DNA from: Octopus sinensis
Lineage: Eukaryota
Reading direction: 5' to 3'
NCBI RefSeq assembly: GCF_006345805.1
Contig: NC_042999.1
Span: 5,084,001 to 5,148,000 of the forward strand
DNA length: 64,000 nt
Below, piece by piece: positions 14,601-27,200 of the stretch. Under the pieces are notes generated by a model that saw only the letters and a program-made list of their open reading frames with translations, was not told where the DNA came from and did no database searches. Position 1 is the stretch's first letter; every line of letters begins with the position of its first letter. The position numbers were made by a program, and so were the translations under genes.

Positions 14601-16535
14601 TTTATGTGCCACCGGCACGGAAGCCAGTTAGCCACTCTGGCAACAATCACGCTCGGATGGTGCTCTTAGTGCCCCACTAGCATGGATGCCTGCTCTTAGC
14701 ACCCCACTAGCACTATATGTAAATAATTTATTGGTCCTACCTTTTCAGCCAGAGCAGCTCTCATTTCCATAATTCCAGTAGCTTTGATAAAATCTGGTAG
14801 TTCAAAAGGTGGCTTTTCAATACCTCTCTTTCCTTGCAGGTATTTACTTTTAAAACACCAATGACGTGGGACTGGAACCGTATTCCTGGTAGCCTGAAGC
14901 AAAACAAACGTAAAATATAAGAACAGTAAATATAATCCAATCCAACAATTAAATTTACCAACCAAATAACTTCATGAAACAATTATAATTAGACTGCACT
15001 CAAAAGATATTAGATAAAGCAATTATAAAATTTTAATCATTTACAGATATTTAAAGATGATTATTAGGGTTGAACAATGGAGAACTATAACAAAGAATAG
15101 TAAATTTAACCCCCTCAAACCTGAGTCCTTGTCTAACTTTACCCTCCACCTGGGCTCCTGAGCTGACAAAAATAAATAGTTGTGTATACCGTTCAAGATG
15201 AATGACTGCAAGCCAACTAATACAGGTCAATCACAAAAAAATTCAGGAGAATCACAATAATAGGCCTCTCTCTGAACTATAGTCTTTGTTCACCCGAATC
15301 TTTACTTTCCTCATCACTTTCACCAGTCTGATTGCTCAAATTATTCTAATTGTCTGCGTAAGAGTAAAAATCTTTGTCCAAAGAATAAATACCTATTTCT
15401 TAACAACCCTCAAGGGGCTAAACACAGAGGGGACAGACAAACGGATTAAGTCGATTACATCGACTCCGAAAGGATGAAAGGAAAAGTTGACCTCGGCGGA
15501 ATTTGAACTCAGAACGTAACAGCAGAAGAAATACGGCTACGCATTTCGCCCGGCATGCTAACGATTCTGCCAGCTCGCCACCAATAATTTCTTCAATTGT
15601 AAAGAGTCTAGGCCTTGCTCATTTACCAGATGAAGTGCTGGGTTTATCATTCATTTCATTGCAAAATTTCGTTCTTTTTTTTGTTTTTTTTTTCAATTAA
15701 AAACCAAAGTAAACAAAAGCACTCAGAGAGGGCAAGCCTCTGCCAAAGCAACACCAACATCCTCTCAACGATTAGCCTATGGTAAGAAGAAAAAGCTCAA
15801 TGATCACATCCGGTCAAGAAACACAGGAGACATGGTCTTTCAATGCAGAGGATTTGTGAGAGTAAAGAGAAATGAAGAGAGCATCTTCTGCTGGATGCAT
15901 AAAGTTGATGTACAAGAAGAATGAGATACAATGTGCAAGGAAGAAGAGTGTGCTGGGATGGCCGTATGATGCACATGGAGAATGACAATTGCATAAAGTG
16001 CACACATACATACACTATCCTGTTTTATTAAACCCAAATATTTTCAAAAAATTCTAAAAAAAAATATCATTATGTATTTTTTGTAACCAAAACAAAAAAA
16101 AACAAAACAAAAGACATTCCTCTTTTCAAGTGTACAAGGTGGCAAAGAATAAAGTTGCCAATAAATTTCAAATAAAGAACAACTTACTTTGAGTTGTACA
16201 AGCAGTCTTGGATCCTGAGCTGTGGCATCATGCATCTCCACTACATCAGGTCTTGACACAAGCTAGACAAAAAAAAAAAAAAGAAAAAAAAGAAAATACA
16301 TAAAATGTTATTTCCATTTTGAGAAAGAGAGCTTTTAAAACAGAAGTCAAGGATATTGATCAGAGGCGCAGGAGTGGCTGTGTGGTAAGTAGCTTGCTAA
16401 CCAGCCACATGGTTGTGGGTTCAGTCTCACTGCGTGGCATCTTGGGCAAGTGTCTTCTACTATAGCCCCGGGTCGACCAATGCCTTGTGAGTGGATTTGG
16501 TAGACGGAAACTGAAAGAAGCCTGTCGTATATATG

Positions 16536-16568
<33 letters not shown>

Positions 16569-19500
16569 TTGTGTGTCTGTGTTTGTCCCCCTAGCATTGC
16601 TTGACAACCGATGCTGGTGTGTTTACGTCCCCGTCACTTAGTGGTTCGGCAAAAGAGACTGAAAGTATAGGTACTGGGCTTACAAAGAATAAGTCCCGGA
16701 GTTGATTTGCTCGACTAAAGGCGGTGCTCCAGCATGGCCACAGTCAAATGACTGAAACAAGTAAAAGAGTAAAAATGTTCTGGATACTTCTTTTGTCCTT
16801 TTTCTCCGTCTTTCAACATAAATCCCACCTCCCTGCAAAATGCTCTCAACAATCAGAAACCATTAATATGCTTTAGTGTTTTTATATTTATACATGTGTG
16901 TGATTGGATGTGTATGCATGTCTATGCGTTACCGTGTTTGTATGTGCATCTCTCAATTTCTTATTTCTTTATTGCCCACTCGGGGGGTACACTCTAGAGG
17001 GGACAAACAAGGACAGACAAAGGGATTAAGTCGATTACATCGACCCCAGTGCGTAACTGGTACTTAATTTATCGACCCCAAAAGGATGAAAGGCAAAGTC
17101 GACCTCGGTGGAATTTGAACTCAGAACGTAACGGCAGACAAAATACCGCTAAGCACTTCGCCCGGCGTGCTAACGTTTCTGCCAGCTAACCGCCTTCTGG
17201 TGTGTGTACGTCTATGTATGTGTCTCATTTTCTGGGGTGTGTGTATCTCATTTTTTGATGTGACCGGTCCTTCAGCTCATTATATGCTCAACAATAGAAA
17301 CAATTTCTTTCCCCCCATACTACAGGCCTGAACATACACCTCCCTGTCTCAGCTGATCATGAATTGCATTGACTTCACTAGTCAGGTAAAATTTGGAAGG
17401 TGCACGGGCACAGCAATTTTTCTTAGGGTACAATTTATAAGTTTATAAGTTACCAAACATCACAGAAACCTTGAAAACTTACCTGTTTTAATTGTGCAAT
17501 ACTCAAGCGAGTGAGTTTCTTCAACTTCTTCTTTGATAACTTTGGTACCTCGTCGTCAGCCACTAAGTCCTGTTAGAGAAATAATGCAATGTTCTGTTGA
17601 ATAAACTTGATTCGTTTGACAATGAAATTATTCAACAGCCAAAAAGATAAACACCTAAATAAATTTAACCCTTTTGTTACTGTATTTATTTAGAGATGCT
17701 CTGTGTTTCAATTTAATTATCATTCATCTAGTGTTAGGAACAAAAATTGTGACTAAGGTTTGGTGGAAGATTTTAATTCAAAACTTATGAAAACAAGACA
17801 TTTGTACTACAGAGCCAGAACCGGTTTCAGCCGGGTTGGTAACAAAAGGGTTAACAACAAAATATAACTTAAAAAGAGAAGGCCAAACAGAAACACTCCT
17901 GGAGACAAACCACAACAAACAAATAAAATATAAAAACTTCATTGTAAGTGAGAATCACAGAAAATTATCTAAGCAAGATGAGAAGAAATTTACATACCAG
18001 TGTGCCATGTGTCAGCACCATGTAAAAGCACCCATACCTAATGCCACATGGAATGCACCTGTACTGATGCTACATAAAAACACTCAGAGCATCCAGCTGT
18101 AGAAACCATGCCAAAACAAGATGACTGGGGCCTGGTGCAGCCCTCCAGTTTGCCAGCTGTTATCAAACTGTCCAACCCATACCAGCACGGAAAGCGGACA
18201 TTAAATGATGATGATCCTGACCCACCATCACCATCACTACCACCTTATCTCTCCATCTATGCACCAATGATGATGATGATGCTCCACTTTCCCCAACCAT
18301 AACCTGAAGTAGCACTGAATCACCTCCTACCCAACCCTTCTCCACTACCCTTATCTCTCAACGACCCCTTGACTCTACTTTTCCCTTTCCTTTCTATTAG
18401 CCATCTTTTATCTTTCATTCATGCAGTACTTCACCCATCCATGTACAAGGATGTGGTAACAATGCTTTTCCTTCTACTCAACCTTCACATCACCCCGTCT
18501 CACTAACTCTTGATACGATCTGATCCCTAACACTCCTGTTACTCCCTCCCCTAACATCGTCATCATTGTTTAACGTCCGCTTTCCATGCTAGCATGGGTT
18601 GGACGATTTGACTGAGGGCTGGCCAACCAGATGGCTGCACCAGGCTCCAATCTGATTTGGCAGGGTTTCTACAGCTGGATGTCCTTCCTAACGCCAACCA
18701 CTCCGAGATTGTAGTGGGTGCTTTTTATGTGCCACCGGCACGGGGGCCAGTCAGGCGGTACTGGCAACGACCTTGCTCGAATCCTTTTACACATGCCACC
18801 GGCACAGGTGCCAGTAAGGCGATGCTGGTAACGATCACACTCGAATGGTGCCTTTTACGTGCCACCAGCACGGAGGCCAGTTAGCCGCTCTGGCAACTAT
18901 CACGCTCGTATGGTGCTCCTAGCACCCTACTAGCACGGGTAACGATCGCACTTGAATGGTGCCTTTTATGTGCCACTGGCACGGAAGCCGGTTAGCCGCT
19001 CTGTCAATGATCGCCCTCGTATGGTGCTTTTTTGGTGCTCTTCGCACCCTGCTAGCACTGATGCCAGTCATCAAATTTGATTTTGATTTCACTTGCCTCA
19101 ACAGGTCTTCGCAAGCAGAGTTTAGTGTCCAAAGAAGGAAAAGGTGCCTCAGTTATTGTCTCCTCAACCACCCTCTTTCAACAAAAAAACCTAACTCCAA
19201 TAAGACCCGTCTTGGACCCTCAACAAACCACCCAAACCAGTGTTGCCTGTACAATCTGTAAAACAGTTGATATAAGGAAGGGCATACGAAAACGTGGTCC
19301 ACCAACCCATTGAACTCTCCTATCCATATCAGCATATGGTATGAACGTAAAACAACAATGGTGCTGCTGCCACCTACAATAAAGACTGAATGCTATAACG
19401 GTGATAATAAAAAATTAAAAAAAAGGGGAGGAAGTAACTCACTTCATCATCATCTATAATGAGTCCTCGAGCCTTTATAGGGACTTCTTCAGGTTTTTTT

Positions 19501-22500
19501 TCCTCTTCTCTTCTTTCTTCTGGTCTTTGGAAATCTTTTGGTTTTTCAGGATCTGCAATCTTCAGAAGAAATAAAAAAAAACAACAAATTATGGAAAATA
19601 TAGAAATGATAAGAATTATACAACTACATTCATTATTCCAGAAATTCAAAAAAAAACCAAACAAAACGTTTTAACCCCTTAGCATTTAAACCAGCCATAT
19701 CAGACCCAAATATTCTATTTTATGTCCAAACTGGCCAAATCCAGCCGCGCACACCTACCCTAACCCTACAATGTCATTTTAAACATAAACAATCACATCA
19801 ATCTCTTGAGGCTTTGAGATAATTCAGGATTAATTCGAAACAATGTGAATGTGAAAGCATCACATCTGACAGAGAAATCTGAATGCTGAAGAGTGGAAGT
19901 CAATTTTTGGTAAAACTCATTTTTGGTAAAGAAACTCAAAATAATTGCAACTCTGACTTCAAAAAATGTTTGAATATAAAATCAAAGCAGAAAAGATCAG
20001 TTTTTCTAGAATTAGGATTAAGCTTACAAAATAGAAGATCGCTTTGGAAAGTGATGACTATGAACAAATTACATTTTTTAAAGCAAATGATATATTTTAA
20101 CAGCTAAATTACCCTTGTAATCTCACACAAAACATAAAAAAGATTAATTTCATACAAGTTAAATTCGTCCTACAACATAATTTTTCAACATTGATATCAG
20201 CATTTACAAATAAATATCTAGGGCTGTAATGAGAACAAATGTTGCCCCAACATACACCAATTTGATCAAAGCATACCTAGAAGTCTAAATAATTTTGCTT
20301 TAACTTTATTGCAAATGCTTAACAATTCGTCTCCAGCTGTAATTTATTTATAAAGTATAGTGTAACCTTACAAATACAGTATATTAGGAAATAAAATCAC
20401 AACTCTTCCTTCACTGTAAACATTCATGTGATTGCAATTGCTGTGGGCTTTGCAAATGTTGCTCGGAAGTTAATTCTTGTCTTCAAACATGAAAATATTG
20501 TGCAATATAAAACAAAAATTAGTAAAATACTTTTCATATGACTTCCTAAATCCTAATACATACCTTGAAATTCTCAAATATCTTTGCAAAAACATGGTAG
20601 TTAACATCAAAGTGGCCAATATCTAACTGTTCTTGTACATACCTGAAAATAAAATAAAAAAATAGAGTCAACAAAATGTGTGCGTACCCAAAATTATTGA
20701 CAACCAATAAAAGTAACAAATGAAATACATCTTTTTTATGAACTATACAATAAGATTAAATGTTTAAGACAGGTTGTTAAGATTATCGTTTCCTGACTAT
20801 CAATTTCATATCTGAAGTGCATACTGACAATGCTTATGGAATGCGCCATAAGAAACAATACTTCTAGAAAAATGGCACATGGTTCAACAAAAAAAAAACA
20901 TGAAAGAAACAGTGTTCCTATCCCCAGAAGTGACGAAATGCTAGGGTCAGGTGCCTGCCATCCACATCACTCACCATGACAATCCCCACTAAGCCCTTTA
21001 CACCATGCCCCTCTTCCAATGATGATAGCAACTGGGCTGCCCCACCTGTTGAGAGTTACATGATTGTGTAAAACGTTCAACCAGCAACATTGAGTTGTGG
21101 TGGCCATGTGGATTATAGTCTTGCCGGAATATGCTTCCTCACCACCCACCCACCTATTTGATCCGGAGCTTGACCACCAATGTTCAGCAATGTGATGCAG
21201 ATAGTAGCAGTGATCCTGAGAGAAGTGAGGTCACAACCCCCAGGATCACCAGATATGATGGAAACATGGTATGCTTCGCCTTCTTGGGATCATTATTTCT
21301 GAGCCTCATCAACCCACTCAAAGCAGAGTTCCAAACAACCATAATGGTGAAATGTATGTAGGAACATCATCATCATCATCATCGTTTAATGTCCGCTTTC
21401 CATGCTGGCATGGGTTGGACGATTTGACTGAGGACTGGCGAACCAGATGGCTGCACCAGATACCAATCTGATCTGGCAGTTTCTACAGCTGGGATGCCCT
21501 TCCTAATGCCAACCACTCCGTGAGTGTAGTGGGTGCTTTTACATGCCACTGGCATGAGGGCCAGTCTGGTGGTACTGGCAACGACCATGTTCACATGGTG
21601 TTTTTTACGTGCCACTGGCACAGGGGTCAGTCCAGCAGCACTGGCAACGACCTAAACTTGTGTCTACCATAGTTTATGCCTATATAATGATTATGCTTAG
21701 TCATAAGGATACTAATAACCTGTTGTTAGAACTGAGGGTGTTCCAGCAACTCAAAACCCGACTGTTCAATGTTGTGGCTATGCATTGTTGTGTAACAATA
21801 ACACTTGCTTTGACAACAGACCTCAGTGTTTGGTGCTGGTTTCAGTCTGTTGGCCAGCATTTCACTGTAGCCTTCACTAGTGACTGCAGACTAGTTTTCC
21901 AGGTAATGTTCCAGTATAGGACTTTTTGCAACCCAAAAAACAGCATCACTTTTTTTGCAGAAGATCAAGTCTTGAATTTCTTTTGCGATGGCAATTCCAG
22001 GTGTTTCCACTGCATTCTGTCTTTTCGGGATTCTGGCTCAAACTGATGAGACCCAGGTCTCATCTCCTGTGACTATTCTTTCCAAACAAAATTCACTTTC
22101 ATTGTTGTAGCCATCAAGTAAGCATTGACAGAGCTCCACACCAATGTACTTGTGTACTTCAGTAAGCTCTCTAGTCACCCATTTTGCACAGTCTTTATAG
22201 AAGTGATGCTTGTCGTGGTCGATTTCGCAAGTAGAACCATGAATAATTTACAGTGAACTTGGCACTTTATCGTTGGTCATTCGTCAGTTCACCAGAACCA
22301 TCTCTTGAGCTAGTTGAGTGTTCATGTTAGCAGTGGAGTTGATGAACATCCTGCTCTCTCTTTTCATGCTCGTCCAGCCATTTTTAAACTTCTTGATCCA
22401 CTCATACATACCTCTACATGGCAGAGAGCTGTCCCCTTATTGTACTGCAATGAATTTCAGTCCCTGACACGCCTTAAGACCAGAGAAATTGGATCACTGA

Positions 22501-24173
22501 TCTCTTGTTCTGCCTCAGTGCACCCTGTCAGCAGAGTGGCCATGTTTACTCTGTAACACAAGGAAGAAAACTGGAGTGGTCAAGGTCAAACCACGGTTAC
22601 ATGACCACAAAAGTAGCCCCTTTCAGCATGGAAGCACTGAAAGCAGTGTGACTGACCTAAATAAAGTTATGCGGCGAAAGTGGGGGAAACTTTTTGACTT
22701 ACCTACTTAATTTAATTAATCTTTAATATCAAACTAAAATTAAGTGACAGCATGTTGTCAACTTAATGTGAGAGTCCCATGAAAGGGAAGAATGTTACTG
22801 TTATTTAACCCTAGGAAACACTGTTTCCTGTTGGACTTGACTCATTTCCTGTCTCCTTATGTTTTCAAAGTGGAGACAAGCACCTCCACCCAGCAAAGTC
22901 AGCATCCAGAGACTAGTTTCAGAGTCCTTGCTCCTCATCAGACTGGAGTAGCATGGCTTGATAGCTGTCGATGCCTATCCACCTTTGAAAACATATATAT
23001 TTCAAGTGAAATACATTCACTGGGGCTAAATAACAGTAGTATTCTTCCCTTTCATGGGACTGTCACATTAAGTTGACAACATTCTATCACTTTATCGTGC
23101 TGCTACTGCATAAATCTCTCAGAAAGTTTTAGAAATGAATTATTTCTATAAACTAAAATTAATTCAACCAAAAATCCAAGATGGAATGAAATCTGTACTT
23201 ACTCTATTTCCACACTGCGATCATTTTCATCATCTTTAGCAGGTTTTTTCTTTAAGTCATTTGCATCTTGCATGAATTCTGGATGTTTCTTCTTATTCTT
23301 CTTTTTCTTCTTCTTCTTTCTTATCCTGTTCTTTAATATGTAAAAAAAAAAGTATATAGAAAAAAAAATGAGATTTTCAAGTATTAAACATGAAAAATGT
23401 ATTCAAATACATGTTAAAGTAATAAAGAAATAAAAATTAGAATAAACACATATATACATAAATATACAATTATGAACACACACCCCATCATATCTACCTA
23501 CCTAGTTGTTGTCATCATCATCACTTAACATCTGTATTCCATACCAATATGGGCAGGATGGTCCGAAAGCAACTGGCACAGTCAGAAGGCTGCCCCAAGC
23601 TCTGCTGTCTGTTTTTACATGGTTTCTATGACTGGATGCCCTTCCTAATGCCAACCACTTTACAGAGTGTACTGGGTGCTTTTTACGTGTCACCAGCAGC
23701 AATGAGGTCACAAAGTAACTTGCAAGACATAACCCTTCAACTGATGGGAATAGTGCTTAGGGACAGAAAAGGTCTCTTGCATTAAAAGGGAAATATGGCT
23801 TTGTCTGTCTGTCTGGCTATGTATGTATGTATGTATGTATGTGTGTGTGTGTGTGTGTATGTGTATGTATGTATGTATGTATGTATGTATATATATATAT
23901 ATATATACACACATACACACACACACACGCACATATATACATACCTATATATATTCTTTTATTTGATTCAGTCATTTGACTGTGGACATGCTGAAGCACT
24001 ATCTTTAGTCGAACAAATCGACCCCAGGACTTATCCTTTGTAAGCCTAGTACTTATTCTATCAGTCTCTTTTGCTGAACTGCTAAGTTACGGGGACATAA
24101 GCACACCAGCATCAGTTATCAAGCAATGCTGGTGGGGACAAACACAGACACACAAATATACACACACACATAC

Positions 24174-24228
<55 letters not shown>

Positions 24229-27200
24229 GATGGGCTTCTTTCAATTTCCACCTACCAAATCCACTCACAAGGCTTTGGTTGGCTATAGTAGAAGACTATA
24301 GGCGCCACACAGTGGGACTGAACCTGGAACCATGTGGTTGGTAAGCAAGTTATTTACCACACAGCCATGCCTCTGTGTGTGTGTGTGTGTGTATATATCA
24401 ATTCGTTTTGGAAGATTCCCGATGTGAAATCGCATATTGAAACAGATATTGTTGTACTTCGAGATGGTCCTTTTATTAACTTCTTTTGGCCAAATAAACA
24501 CACACATATTTTTTTTTCTTTGCATATTTATTACTGTCATTTTATTATTTAACACCTGTCTACTGAATGGACTAAGTGAAGCTAGAACACACACAGAAAC
24601 GAAAAGTGTCGCTGAAGAGGTCATAGATGTGTGACGAAAGATAAAGATGAGAGGAGTGATGAGGAGCCAGCCTTAGCCGTAAGGTACCACTATACTTTCA
24701 GAACATCTTCTTGACCATTTCAGAATATATATTTCCCATGAGCTTTCAGTGCTTGTTATTCCTGAGCAAGTGCCACATGCAAAACCTGTTTTCTGCTTTA
24801 ATCTGCCAGCTTGCATTTTTTAATTATTTATTAAGCTGCATGTGACTATTTTGGATTATATACACATCATTCAAGCATGGCTGATGCCAGTGTCACCTGA
24901 CTGGCACCTGTGTCGGTGGCATGTAAAAAGTGCCATTCAAGTGTGACCAATGCCAGCACCTCTTGACTGGCACCCATGCTGGTGGCACATACAAAGCACC
25001 ATTGAGCATGGCTGATGCCAGTGCTGCCTGACTGGCTCCTGTGCCAGTGGAACGTAAAAAGCACCCACTACACTCATGGAGTGGTTGGCATAAGGAAGGG
25101 CATCCAGCTGTAGACACTTTGCCAAATCAGATTGGAGACTGGTGCAACCTCCCGGGTTGCCAGTCCTCAGTCAAACTGCCCAACCCATGCCAGCATGGAA
25201 AGCAGATGTTAAACAACAAAGATGATGTCAATGATGACATCTACACAAAATCTAACATGTGCCATACTCAATCCAGCATTAGCTGTAGATTTAGACATAC
25301 ATTGTCAAATATAAATTTAGAAGCATAGGACTAACCTCTTTTGCCTTATCTTGACTTTTTATATCGTCATCTTCCTCATCAGCATCATTTAGAGTTGCAC
25401 TTGTAACAGATATACTTGTAACTTCCTCATCATCCTCTTCTTCAGCATCAGCGATTCTGATTTGATTTTCTGGTACTTCTGAAAATAAAGGTGTTCCAAA
25501 AAATATTAGAAACTATTTTTCATTAATCACTTAAGCTCTCATCATGAGATATGTTGTAGCACATATTTTATTTTGCCCTGATAATAAGATAAATCACAAA
25601 AGAATCCTTCTGTTTTTTAATAGGTTATGTGGAAAGAATCTGGGGTAGAGAGAGACCCAGGAAGACATGGGACGAGGTGGTGAAGCATGACCCTCGAATG
25701 TTGAGCCTCACAGAGGCAATGACGAAAGACAGAGACCTCTGGAGGTATGCTGTGATTGAGAAGACCCAGCAAATAGAGTTCACAGCTGTAACCACACCAG
25801 TGTTGCATAACCAGCCCACTCAAAAAGTACCTTGGATCGTAGGGTGACATCCCATGCTTGAGGAGACCTATTGAGTTAAGCACATCAAAATCAAATCAAA
25901 TGGAAATTGTAGTTGTGACCCCCGTGCCGGTAGCACGTAAAAAGCACCATCCGAATGTGGTCGATGCCAGTGCTGCTTTGACTGGCTTCCATGCTGGTGG
26001 CATGCAAAAAGCACCACCTGAACGTGGTCGATGCCAGCTCTTCTGGCCCCTGTACCAATGGCACGTAAAAAACACCCACTACACTCATGGAGTGGTTGGC
26101 ATTAGGAAGGGCATCCGGCTGTAGAAACATTGCCAGATCAGATTGGAGCCTGGTGCAGCCGCCTGGCTTCCCAGACCCCGGTTGAACTGTCCAACCCATG
26201 CCAGCATGGAAAATGGATGTTAGATGATGATGATGCATTTAGTTGCTAAAACAATCTCTTATATTAACAAATCAAAAAGACTATTACAATTATTATTAGC
26301 AACTTTTGACGCAGAAAGGTGGCAATAAACATTTCGATCAGAGAATTATTGATATTCAACTTCCGATGTAATCAATTAAAAGATATGAAATCAATCAATA
26401 GACAAACAGATTTCACCTAAAATCTAATGTTGTAATAATAAACTCAACAGCTTTCCTGTACGTATTACTGGTACACTGAACTGTGATGATAGTGTTGAAA
26501 ACATTCAAAGCTCTTACCAGTTTTATCCATATCTTCTGATACTGCACCTATTTCCTGAGCACGTACATCCATAAAAGCGAGAATCTTTTCCAAAGCCTGG
26601 GGCAATTTTATCTCTTTCTGCTGTCGTTCAGAAGTCTGTCAATGTAAAAGGAAAGAAAGCAAAAAAAAAATAATAAATAGTAAGGGATTCTCGTATACAA
26701 TGTGGAAGTTCAGAATCTGTTTATCTGTTAGTGTATTCCTTAAGCTTTGTGAAAACACTCCATTATACCCCAACAGAAGTGTTTTAATCTTTCTTGCATA
26801 AAATCCTTGCAGTACAATTCTGGGCTCTGGAACCCAGAGGACAGAAAAATTCTGTACTTTATTTTATCAACAGAGAAAAGAAATTTACAACCTTTGATGA
26901 AATGAGACAACAGAAAACAAAAAAAACCCTTGCATACACACAGACATACATATGAAAAATACACACACATACACACATACACTTCTAACAGTGAAAGTGC
27001 ATACACATCCGTAAAAAGCATAACACAGAAACACATTCACAGGACGTGTGCAGGAGTGTTATATATATACATACACGTGGAGGCACAATGGCCCAGTGGT
27101 TAGGGCAGCGGACTCGCAGCCGTAGGATCGCGGTTTCGATTCCCAGACCGGGTGTTGTGAGTGTTTATTGAGCGAAAACACCATAAAGCTCCACGAGGCT

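Noticed and set aside
27079-27155. tRNA gene
   Set aside because: A/B boxes are present but the acceptor stem does not close and a SINE body follows.
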